A stretch of 32,000 nucleotides of DNA from Candidatus Electrothrix yaqonensis (GTDB lineage Bacteria > Desulfobacterota > Desulfobulbia > Desulfobulbales > Desulfobulbaceae). The stretch covers positions 3,030,001 through 3,062,000 of the forward strand of contig CP178758.1 of the NCBI GenBank assembly GCA_047651235.1, given 5' to 3'. Shown here piece after piece: positions 9,315 through 16,592 of the stretch. The notes below the pieces were generated by a model that was not told where the DNA came from, did no database searches, and saw only the letters and a program-made list of their open reading frames with translations. How positions within the stretch are numbered: position 1 is the first letter of the stretch; every line of letters starts with the position of its first letter. The translations under genes and the position numbers were made by a program.

Positions 9315-9712
9315 ATCAGAATTTTTCCTTTTTCCAGCACTTCTCTGGTGAATGAATTATCCGCTTGAACAAAATTATCCCATTCGCGCCTCGTATAGAC
9401 AATCAAGTCCATAGGAACCTTACGTTTTAAAAACTTGAAATATTTTTTCACAAAGGAATAATTTTCAATTCTTTCGTCAAAACTCCTCGGAACATCGTCT
9501 CTGTCCAGCACTACGATTAAATCTATATCGCTGTCGTCACCTACTTTTCCGTATGCATATGATCCGAACAGCACAGCTTTATACGGCTTCAGCTCGGTCA
9601 GAATATTTTTCAACTCAGTCAGGTAACTCTGTAGCATTTGCTTTTCCGCTTTCATATCAATATGCTTTACGCCTCCCTCAACGTCGCCTGCAATGAGATA
9701 ATGACAACTCAA
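9311..9712 (-). CDS. nucleotidyltransferase-domain protein (MNT-type antitoxin of MNT/HEPN modules)
   Basis: LFGSYAYGKVGDDSDIDLIVVLD is the GS-x9-D-x-D minimal nucleotidyltransferase motif. An alternative start is MKAEKQML at 9655. Confidence 0.85.
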   Translation of the reverse strand: MSCHYLIAGDVEGGVKHIDMKAEKQMLQSYLTELKNILTELKPYKAVLFGSYAYGKVGDDSDIDLIVVLDRDDVPRSFDERIENYSFVKKYFKFLKRKVPMDLIVYTRREWDNFVQADNSFTREVLEKGKILI

Positions 9713-9770
9713 CTCGTTCTGCTTAATTCTTTTTTAAAAGGACATTACTCCCTCTACCATCAATAAAGAT

Positions 9771-10046
9771 TCATGTCAAGAAAACAAAAGGTTGAGAAGT
9801 GCTGCCATCAAAATTTGCGAACCTCCAGCCCCTGGAAAAGATGTGCTCAAATCGAACGGTGCCGATGGCGGATGGGATGCGGCTACCAAACGGCCAGAGC
9901 GGAATTGATCCGGCGGTGGCATGGGTGCCCACCACTCTGATGGTCGGTCTGCGGTTGCGGGCAGTCAGAATACTCGGAAAAATGGTTGCAGCCAGTGTGG
10001 CTGCTCCGACCCGGCCGGTTTTCTTGAGAAAGGATCGACGGTTCAT
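9771..10046 (-). CDS. hypothetical ORF with a twin-arginine signal peptide, probably a gene fragment
   Basis: The N-terminus MNRRSFLKKTGRVGAATLAATIFPS is a Tat-type signal. The remaining ~50 aa have no recognisable domain and the ORF is short. Confidence 0.3.
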   Translation of the reverse strand: MNRRSFLKKTGRVGAATLAATIFPSILTARNRRPTIRVVGTHATAGSIPLWPFGSRIPSAIGTVRFEHIFSRGWRFANFDGSTSQPFVFLT

Positions 10047-10247
10047 ATCAACGGCATACTATTATCTGACTCTGACACAATCCGCAGAGGATGCGGATTG
10101 ATTACTCCGAGCCTCTACAGACAGGTTACCCTAATAATGCGGTGCAATTACAAACTGGCCTTTATGCGGCGAGCAGCCCCCCTCCCCTGCTCCGGTCATC
10201 AGCTTCTCCTGGACCTTCTTCTGAACCCGAAACGCGGACAGGCAACC

Positions 10248-10280
10248 AAAAAAGCCCCTACCGGATAACCCGGCAGGGGC
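10248..10280 (-). terminator. rho-independent terminator ending the mini-array transcript
   Basis: Minus strand reads GCCCCTGCCGG-GTTAT-CCGGTAGGGGC followed by TTTTTT. The single non-Watson-Crick position is a G-U pair only in the minus-strand RNA sense. Confidence 0.65.
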
Positions 10281-10388
10281 TTTAAAAAAAGAATCAGCAG
10301 CGACCTATTGGATAGTACAGGTGATCAATTCTTCCTGACCAGCTCTCCTGCCGACCCGTATCATCCGTTATCGCGGTGTCGGGGTACG

Positions 10389-10492
10389 GTCATAACCCAG
10401 GGCGCCCCGGAGTGTCATTGTGACATTATGACTCTGGCAAATGGTTCGGATTCACTGTCATAACCCAGGGCGCCCCGGAGTGTCATTGTGAC
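10389..10492 (-). CRISPR. mini-CRISPR array: 2 identical 36-nt repeats and one 32-nt spacer
   Basis: The repeat (minus sense) GTCACAATGACACTCCGGGGCGCCCTGGGTTATGAC lies at 10457-10492 and 10389-10424. The spacer AGTGAATCCGAACCATTTGCCAGAGTCATAAT lies at 10425-10456. The array is immediately downstream of a promoter-containing 40-bp leader. A third, degenerate repeat lies at 11942-11978 next to a RAMP/Cas6-like gene end. Confidence 0.6.
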
Positions 10493-10532
10493 CCTGCCTT
10501 TTTTTATACCCGTAAATTCAGTTCCCTGTCAA
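10493..10532 (-). promoter_or_regulatory. CRISPR leader-promoter, copy A
   Basis: Minus strand reads TTGACA (10532-10527), an 18-bp spacer, then TATAAA (10508-10503). The first repeat begins about 10 nt after the -10 box. It is 39/40 identical to 11979-12018. Confidence 0.55.
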
Positions 10533-10879
10533 TCCCTTTTTGTAGTACCTCCCCTCCGGAGCATGATTCTGACCCTGTTTTGCGGGAGGTCCTACACTGT
10601 GTTGGTTTTGGCGAATAACGACGCAGATTCAGCGCGATAAAATAACATTGAAAAATTAATTCAACTACCTGATTCAAAAGAATTTCTCCAGTTTCTTCTC
10701 TGAAATGACCCCATTTTCCCCTCTGACAGGCAAAAACGGCCCTGAATTGCCCGAAATTCGACCTACGTTTTTTTCAGAGTCATATTTTAACCCAGTATTC
10801 AACAAGCAGACCCATGTGTCTGCCCGGCGGACCGACCGGGTAATTCGGGGCGTTAATAGAGGCGACCGACCGGTTGCAT

Positions 10880-11137
10880 CTACAGCCTGTAAATTTCTTT
10901 GCGATGACCGACAGCGACAACCAGCACACTGATATTCCCGTCGTTTATTTCGTAGATCACTCGATATGAGCCAATTCGGATACGCCAAGCCGGACGACCA
11001 GACATTTTTTTGCTGCCCGCAGGACGCGGTTGTTTAGCAAGTGATGCGATAACAGTTATGATACGAGATTGGTCTTTCCGATCAATCTTGCGAAGCTGTT
11101 TCTGAGCAGAGCGCAGGATCTCAACAGAATATGTCAT
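10880..11137 (-). CDS. type II toxin, RelE/ParE superfamily
   Basis: 85 aa, MTYSVEILRSAQKQLRKIDRKDQSRIITVIASLAKQPRPAGSKKMSGRPAWRIRIGSYRVIYEINDGNISVLVVAVGHRKEIY. It shows the typical RelE/ParE layout and a 4-nt overlap with the upstream antitoxin. Confidence 0.85.
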   Translation of the reverse strand: MTYSVEILRSAQKQLRKIDRKDQSRIITVIASLAKQPRPAGSKKMSGRPAWRIRIGSYRVIYEINDGNISVLVVAVGHRKEIYRL

Positions 11138-11340
11138 GCATCATATTCCGCCTGAATTTCACGGATTGCCTGCTCAAAAGGGATACTTTTTTGTGACCCT
11201 GCTTTTGCCTTGTCATATGCACGGATATCATCAAGCTCTTCAAGCTCCGCAAGCACTTTCTCCCAGTCTGAAAAAGGCAGAAGCACTGCCTTTGGCTGTT
11301 TTTTACTGTCTATTACGTATTCCGGACGAATGGTAAGCAT
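11134..11340 (-). CDS. type II antitoxin (Phd/YefM-like)
   Basis: Start at ATG 11340 with GGAGGA 7 nt upstream. MLTIRPEYVIDSKKQPKAVLLPFSDWEKVLAELEELDDIRAYDKAKAG is a typical antitoxin N-terminal pattern. The track ORF 11134..11394 has a spurious N-terminal extension. Confidence 0.8.
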   Translation of the reverse strand: MLTIRPEYVIDSKKQPKAVLLPFSDWEKVLAELEELDDIRAYDKAKAGSQKSIPFEQAIREIQAEYDA

Positions 11341-11696
11341 AAAATGTTCCTCCATTGTTTCGGGGCACCTTGTCCAAGCCTGCCTTGGAACCACAAGGCA
11401 ATAAACTTACTTATACACGGAAGATCAGTATATAGCTGGAGCAGAACGATAACTTCACCTTCTGCGTCGGTTTCCGGTTCAAGCGAAAAAACAATCCGGC
11501 AATCGTAACCGCAGCTGCACGCCCGGAGTCCTTCAAGAATGCCGCTTAACTTATGCGTACCCAGTGATGCGGCAAAAATATCCTCCTGCATCTGCAGCAG
11601 GGTATTCTCAATGTGTTTCTGCAGCTTTGCATTACGCCGGACAAACTTACGAAAAGCCCGTTTGAACTTCGGGGTCAGAATCAGTTTTCGCCGCAT
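11313..11696 (-). pseudogene. RelE/YafQ-like mRNA-interferase toxin with a replaced C-terminus (probably inactivated)
   Basis: MRRKLILTPKFKRAFRKFVRRNAKLQKHIENTLLQMQEDIFAASLGTHKLSGILEGLRACSCGYDCRIVFSLEP...GEVIVLL is family-typical. After VIVLLQ the ORF runs through a solo MITE TIR (11431-11443) into unrelated sequence and overlaps the next antitoxin gene. Confidence 0.6.
11431..11443. repeat. solo copy of the MITE terminal inverted repeat (TATAGCTGGAGCA)
   Basis: An exact 13-nt match to the left ends of the MITE copies at 6279-6292 and 13306-13319. No adjacent MITE body is present. Confidence 0.5.
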
Positions 11697-11701
11697 GATT
11701 A

Positions 11702-11923
11702 TTAATCCGACGACGAGTCCTGAAGTTCCGCAATAACACTCTGTGCTGACCTGGCCTCAAATTGTCCGGCACGAAAATCTGCTAAAGATTTCCCGGTGTC
11801 ACGGGCAATTTCCTGACGGCGCGCTTCAATATGCCAACTGCGGATCAGATCGACGAGCATCTCCTGCTGTTCAATCGGAAATTTTCTGGCAATCTCGACT
11901 ACCTGCTCAAAAGTCATACTCAT
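11702..11923 (-). CDS. putative antitoxin of the RelE/YafQ-like toxin
   Basis: A 73-aa ORF ending 6 nt upstream of the toxin ATG. The RBS AAGGGGA lies 7 nt before ATG 11923. The protein is helical and charged (MSMTFEQVVEIARKFPIEQQEMLVDLIRSW...). Assignment is by position. Confidence 0.6.
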   Translation of the reverse strand: MSMTFEQVVEIARKFPIEQQEMLVDLIRSWHIEARRQEIARDTGKSLADFRAGQFEARSAQSVIAELQDSSSD

Positions 11924-11941
11924 AGAGACTGTCCCCTTTTA

Positions 11942-11978
11942 ATTATAACCCAGGGCCGCCCCGGAGTGTCATTGTGAC
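11942..11978 (-). CRISPR. solitary degenerate CRISPR repeat
   Basis: Minus sense GTCACAATGACACTCCGGGGCGGCCCTGGGTTATAAT. Compared with the array repeat it has one inserted C, and the last 3 nt change from GAC to AAT. Confidence 0.5.
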
Positions 11979-12018
11979 TCTGCCTTTTTTTATACCCGTA
12001 AATTCAGTTCCCTGTCAA
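11979..12018 (-). promoter_or_regulatory. CRISPR leader-promoter, copy B
   Basis: Same TTGACA-18 bp-TATAAA block as copy A. The TGA stop of the RAMP/Cas6-like fragment (12017-12015) is embedded in the -35 hexamer. Confidence 0.5.
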
Positions 12019-12191
12019 GCGACTTCTCTACATTTCTCCATATCGTGGACCAGTCTGTAATGTCCTAAACCGAAAGCACTGTGTCTGCCGTTATTAATCT
12101 CGGAACAGAGCAGGAGGAGCGGATAGACCGGCTCGATTTCGCCGCGCAGGTAGAGCGGCCCCACTGTGCCGTTCAGGTACTGTTTCCCCCT
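12015..12191 (-). pseudogene. C-terminal 58 aa of a RAMP/Cas6-like CRISPR-associated protein, 5'-truncated by the ISAs1 remnant
   Basis: Own translation gives RGKQYLNGTVGPLYLRGEIEPVYPLLLLCSEINNGRHSAFGLGHYRLVHDMEKCREVA. GRHSAFGLG fits the C-terminal glycine-rich loop (G-x5-G-h-G) of Cas6/RAMP proteins, and the gene ends at a CRISPR leader. There is no start codon; the frame hits a stop inside the IS end. Confidence 0.5.
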
Positions 12192-12944
12192 CAGGGCTGT
12201 TCAATTCTATAAGAGCTTGTATTTTCAAGACGTATGCAGTAATTGATACAGAAAAACTTTACACGAGGATTCTGCATGCTGTTTTTTTGCTGAACACAAT
12301 CAAAGATCATCGACGCGGGCAGGGCCGGCGATATGAGCTTACGCATATTCTTCTGTTTTCGATCATGGCGATCCTGAGCGGTTCGGATTCTTATCGCAAA
12401 AATCTGTTCGTTGATGCGCATCGTGAAAGGCTCAATGAATATTTCGGCCTGGACTGGAAAAAAGCTCCTGCATATACAACGATCCGCACTGTCATTCTGA
12501 ATACTTCCGGTTCGGAACTTGAGCGGATTTTCAGGGAGCACGGCAAAGCTCTCGCGGAAGAGGAACCGGACGGAGAATTTATTCATTGCGACGGCAAAAC
12601 TCTCCGGGGAAGTTTCGATAACATGAAGGATATTAATCAGCTTCAGATATTGAGTGCTTTTGCTGGCGACCGCGCCGTCGTTCTCGGCCATGAAGAAATC
12701 AGGGAGAAAAGCAATGAAATCCCGGCGGCGCGGAAACTGATGAAAGAACTCGGTTTATCCGACCGCATTTGACCGCTCCCGAATTCGTTGCAATCCGCAC
12801 ATATTTGCGAAACTGAGAAGCTTCGCTCTCAATATTCTTCGTAAGAACAAGGTGAAAAATGTCAGCCGGGAGCTTTTCAGGAACTGTATGGATATAAATC
12901 GTCTGTTTGATTACGCCGGGATTTTCTAGAATTGAACAGCCCTG
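12192..12944 (+). mobile_element. ISAs1-family insertion sequence, internally deleted derivative (753 bp)
   Basis: Perfect 18-bp inverted repeats CAGGGCTGTTCAATTCTA (12192-12209) and TAGAATTGAACAGCCCTG (12927-12944). The transposase N-terminus is at 12287-12772 (DHRRGQGRRYELTHILLFSIMAILSGSDSYR..). The C-terminal tail is in another frame at 12771-12929 (DRSRIRCNPHIFAKLRSFALNILRKN..). The DDE core is missing and no target-site duplication is seen. Confidence 0.8.
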
Positions 12945-13261
12945 CCGGTAGGGCTAGTTCACCCTATGTCAGCATCATCAACGGCACGATCACGGAACCG
13001 GAAATTCTGCGCATCCAGGCAGTGCTTGATCTGCGGGCAGATACGCTGATCTTCAGCCTGATCAATATGCACGAGGAAGGTACGGCAGGCCCGGCAGTGG
13101 CTGTCACTGCCAACGGCGGCTACACCCTGAACGGCTTTGCCGATTCTGCAGTCAGCAGTCTGGATATCCGGGTGGACAGCTATACTGCCCTAAAAGATAT
13201 GATACGCAACGACTACAGCGGCAGGCTGGTGGATATCCTGGATGTGAGGTTAGCCGGGTAA
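12932..13261 (+). CDS. hypothetical protein fragment (C-terminal part; upstream side cut by the IS)
   Basis: The coding-looking ORF ..ITEPEILRIQAVLDLRADTLIFSLINMHEEGTAGPAVAVTANGGYTLNGF...LVDILDVRLAG begins at the IS boundary. No family recognised. Confidence 0.35.
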   Translation: MNSPAGRASSPYVSIINGTITEPEILRIQAVLDLRADTLIFSLINMHEEGTAGPAVAVTANGGYTLNGFADSAVSSLDIRVDSYTALKDMIRNDYSGRLVDILDVRLAG

Positions 13262-13307
13262 GCTGCATCCAGGCAGCTCTATGGTTCATCAGACTGATTC
13301 CTCCGGT

Positions 13308-13414
13308 ATAGCTGGAGCAACATAATTTGAATATGCCCACAAGAGGCATAAGTTTTGCCTTCACGCCTTTCAGATAGCTGATCCTGTATTCAGTTTATAC
13401 TGCTCCAGCTATAT
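13308..13414. mobile_element. MITE-like element, copy 2 (107 bp)
   Basis: Same TIRs and TA flanks as copy 1, same orientation, identical except for the 8-bp duplication in copy 1. Confidence 0.6.
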
Positions 13415-13473
13415 CTGACAGTTGCCGGTTTTCAGGAGGTGTCTGTCAGATCAGATTCAAGCTACAAATAATC

Positions 13474-15474
13474 TCAATCGACTCTACAGGCTGGATTTAT
13501 GTGCTTATTCCTTAACCCCAACAAGGCAATCGTTCGATCATCATGATTACCGGGCGACCAGAAGGAAAGCCAGTCCAGAAGATTCTTTGCCGTTTCTCCC
13601 GGCGTGCCTGATAATTTTGGACGGATTTCTTCAGCCCAGAATCTGTCCCAGCGCTCAGGCTGCTGTAAATTATGATCCGTCTCAAAAATCGGATCCGTGA
13701 TACCGTCGGTCAGGAGAAACAGGGCGGTCATGGAATCCACGCAGGTAAAAGAGATCCGCCGCATAATATCTTCCCCGTCATTGGCCTCCGGATCGAGAAA
13801 ACGGGTCTGTCCGGCATATTCACCGCTGTCCGGCCGGCCCAGCAGCCTGACGTCTCCGTTTTCTCCCTCCTGCCCCTCCTGATACAGGGCTATGCCGCCA
13901 TCGCCGATCCAGTAACCGACAAGGAAATGGCGGCCCTGAATTTCCTTATGGGCAGCCAGCAGCAGGGTAGCGTAAAAATCCCGGAACCGGCACTGTTCTT
14001 TTTTGGCTTTCTGGTGAATGGTGTTGATGGCCTGATAAATCGCCTGGCTGAAGACAGAGTAGAGCACCTGCCGCAACTGCCCCTCTGTCCGGTCTGATTG
14101 TTCCTCATTCCAGGCCGACAGCGCATCAGCAAGGGCATCCTTCTGTTCAGTTAATTTTTCCGCAAGGACCGCTGTCGAGGTTCTGACGGCCAGCCTGGAA
14201 CCCTCTCTGGAATACTGACTGCTGCCTGCGCCGTCAGACACGGCCAGAATATGCCATTGGTCGGGATGTTCACTAAGCAGCATAAAATCGTCATCCCGGC
14301 ATTTGCCTTCGTGGGCATGGGATCGTCCCCGTTTACTGGCAGCAACCAGCCTCCAGATGCCGTGTCCAGCCCTTTCCTCAGCCGCTTCATCCGGTTTCCA
14401 GAACATCACACCTTGATCCGAGGGGATATCTTTCCACAAGGACTTGGGATCATGATTGACGACAAAATCGAAATGGCTCACTCCGCTGCCGCCGGAGCTC
14501 AGAATACAGGTCACCTTTACGCTGAATTCTCCGGGCGTGGAAGGCATTCCCTCGACGCGCTGCGTTTCCGGATCATAACAGATCCCTGTTGCTTCCAGTC
14601 CTTCAATTTTGGTGATTTTCAGGACCTCGCCGCCCGCAATAGACAGCTCTTCAGAATACGGGCTGTTGACCATTGCGTTGGGGAGTTTAAACTGCACAAT
14701 CGATGGATCAATATCTGGTTGCATGGTCGTGCTCTGCGGGGGGAGATGGATGCCAGGATCAGCGGAATGCGTTCCCTGTTCCTCCTGTTCCTGATTATTT
14801 TCCGGAATAGGCGGCGGCTCTGTTGCTTCAGGCGGCGATAGAGTATGCTGCGTAGCATCTTCCGGCACCGGCAGAGCAGTATCTGTCCCTTCCTCGGTCG
14901 CATCAATATCACCGCTTACAGCCTCCGGCGGCTCTGCGCAGTCAGTTCCTTCGACCTCTTCTTTCTGCTCTACCTTTTCAGCATGTTCTGTTTCCGCAGA
15001 TTCAGCAGGTTCCTCAACGGTTTCTTCGTTGATACTCAGGTCTTCCTGAGGCGGCATATCCGTTTCCTCGCTCTCCTGCGCAACCTGGTCATCGTCTACC
15101 AGAGCACTGTCATCGAGAGGGGGATCGTTTTTTTCTTCCGCATCATCTGTTTCCGCAGCTTCCACAGATAACTCTTCAGGAGCTTTCTCTTTGTTCGAGG
15201 TGTCCTGGGAGGACGCCGCCCTGTCCTCTGCTTCCTGAAAATCCGCCAGCAGCTCCTCCTCAATGCTTCTTTTGGCTGCAGAGATCACATTATCCTTTGG
15301 TGCAGTCCGATATTTTTTCCACATATACCAATGCTGCAGAAGTTCATCTGAAAAAGAGTTCAGTGCCTCAACAACGGCAGTGGTTTCCAGAAACTGGTCC
15401 AGCTCCTCCTCTGTCAGCGCCTGCCCGTTCAGGATGTTCCGGCAGGCGGCCCGTAACGAGGTGTGCTCTTTCAT
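13474..15474 (-). CDS. PP2C-family protein phosphatase with N-terminal helical region, ~170-aa acidic linker and an Ig-like (He_PIG-type) domain
   Basis: The C-terminal half WRLVAASKRGRSHAHEGKCRDDDFML...WHILAVSDGAGSSQYSREGSRLAV...YWIGDGGIALY...LLTDGITDP fits PP2C (PP2C_2-type) motifs. KLPNAMVNSPYSEELSIAGGEVLKITKIEGLEATGICYDPETQRVEGMPSTPGEFSVKVT fits the putative-Ig repeat. The start ATG overlaps the vWA stop (ATGA). Confidence 0.85.
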   Translation of the reverse strand: MKEHTSLRAACRNILNGQALTEEELDQFLETTAVVEALNSFSDELLQHWYMWKKYRTAPKDNVISAAKRSIEEELLADFQEAEDRAASSQDTSNKEKAPEELSVEAAETDDAEEKNDPPLDDSALVDDDQVAQESEETDMPPQEDLSINEETVEEPAESAETEHAEKVEQKEEVEGTDCAEPPEAVSGDIDATEEGTDTALPVPEDATQHTLSPPEATEPPPIPENNQEQEEQGTHSADPGIHLPPQSTTMQPDIDPSIVQFKLPNAMVNSPYSEELSIAGGEVLKITKIEGLEATGICYDPETQRVEGMPSTPGEFSVKVTCILSSGGSGVSHFDFVVNHDPKSLWKDIPSDQGVMFWKPDEAAEERAGHGIWRLVAASKRGRSHAHEGKCRDDDFMLLSEHPDQWHILAVSDGAGSSQYSREGSRLAVRTSTAVLAEKLTEQKDALADALSAWNEEQSDRTEGQLRQVLYSVFSQAIYQAINTIHQKAKKEQCRFRDFYATLLLAAHKEIQGRHFLVGYWIGDGGIALYQEGQEGENGDVRLLGRPDSGEYAGQTRFLDPEANDGEDIMRRISFTCVDSMTALFLLTDGITDPIFETDHNLQQPERWDRFWAEEIRPKLSGTPGETAKNLLDWLSFWSPGNHDDRTIALLGLRNKHINPACRVD

Positions 15475-16538
15475 CCTAAAGACCTCACAATATCGAATTG
15501 TTCATTGTTCTCCACCGGCACCAGAGTCAGTTGCTGCCTGCACCAGGGGCATTGGGCCGTGGTTGCGATCCCATCCACACAGAAGAGCCGACCGCAGGAA
15601 CACAGGGCCATTGCCGACGGATTGCCGCAGTACGGACAGCCTGCCTGTCCGAGGAGCTGCTGAAAATCGACCTTGGCCTCAATTTCGTTCACCACGGAGG
15701 ACCAGTCAAAATAGCTTTCATCCACCGGATAACAGCCGGTCATCCGGTAGCAGTATGCACCTGATCCTGTCCCTGCCTGTTGCGCTGAAAGCGCAACAGA
15801 GGCAAGCAGCACCCGCTCGTACTTGAGTAGATAGGGGGTTCCGCGCTGCTGGCAGCGGCCCGGAAAAATGGCAAAATCCTCATCCGAACCGGGATGTTCC
15901 GCAGCGGAGATCAACAGCTCGCCCGTCTTTTCCAGGGAGATGGGCAGATGCTGCTCGCCCTGCTGCTGCACCCTGACGCTCTGCGAGCGCACCGACATGG
16001 TCATCCAGTCAATAAAGCGGGAAAAATCCGCGCTGTCCTCGCCGTTATAGGTCAGTACATGATCGGCAAACTCCGATAAGGCTCCCGTGGCCGCATGGTT
16101 GCCCAGCCCGATGGCCACCAGCTGCGCCCGCCCGGCATATTTTTTCTTCCAAGTCTGCACAGCATCCCGGCAATCATCTGTGGGTTTGCCGTCAGTCATC
16201 AGATAAACAAGCGGCTTCCAGTCCCCTTTGCGCTCCGCTGTGGTGGGGTGGATCCGGGTATCGATTTCCTGCATCAGATGGGTCAATGCCTTGCCCAGGG
16301 CTGTGCCGGAACCCAACGGCAGCTTAGGCGGATAAAAAGTCGGCAGATCCACCAGCGGAACCAGGGTTTGTACCTTACCGGCAAAGGCGATGATGGATAG
16401 AAATACGGTCTCCAAGGCATGGGGGTCCCGGCGGAGTGTGGTGATGAGCTGATTCAATCCCTGTTCAAGAAATTGCAGCGGTTCGCCGACCATGGAGTCG
16501 GAGACATCAAGGACAAGAAATACAGGCAGACGGCGCAT
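15471..16538 (-). CDS. vWA-domain protein (TerY-like) with C-terminal Cys-rich zinc ribbon
   Basis: MRRLPVFLVLDVSDSMVGEPL (MIDAS DxSxS)...PLVYLMTDGKPTD is vWA/TerY-like. The C-terminus is CPYCGNPSAMALCSCGRLFCVDGIATTAQCPWC. The RBS GGAGAA lies before ATG 16538. Confidence 0.85.
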   Translation of the reverse strand: MRRLPVFLVLDVSDSMVGEPLQFLEQGLNQLITTLRRDPHALETVFLSIIAFAGKVQTLVPLVDLPTFYPPKLPLGSGTALGKALTHLMQEIDTRIHPTTAERKGDWKPLVYLMTDGKPTDDCRDAVQTWKKKYAGRAQLVAIGLGNHAATGALSEFADHVLTYNGEDSADFSRFIDWMTMSVRSQSVRVQQQGEQHLPISLEKTGELLISAAEHPGSDEDFAIFPGRCQQRGTPYLLKYERVLLASVALSAQQAGTGSGAYCYRMTGCYPVDESYFDWSSVVNEIEAKVDFQQLLGQAGCPYCGNPSAMALCSCGRLFCVDGIATTAQCPWCRQQLTLVPVENNEQFDIVRSLG

Positions 16539-16592
16539 GATATTCTCCGGCAGCAGGTAGGGTTAGGAACGGGAATTAAATAACTACGGGAT

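Noticed and set aside
9771-10046. Calling the Tat-signal ORF a substrate-binding protein
   Set aside because: Only the ~45-aa signal region is informative. The remainder has no domain signature, so the ORF is kept as a low-confidence hypothetical fragment.
10674-10988. 104-aa minus-strand ORF overlapping the RelE/ParE gene end
   Set aside because: It overlaps the well-supported toxin gene in another frame, and the remainder covers an intergenic region with hairpins. It resembles no protein family.
12380-12390. 11-nt identity between the CRISPR spacer (10443-10453, GGTTCGGATTC) and the ISAs1 transposase remnant
   Set aside because: A rough expectation for one 11-mer match of a 32-nt spacer somewhere in 2 x 32 kb is about 0.3. 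This comes from 22 windows times about 64000 positions divided by 4^11, so the match is compatible with chance. It also skips spacer positions 1-3. It is worth re-checking only if a CreTA-like mechanism is pursued.
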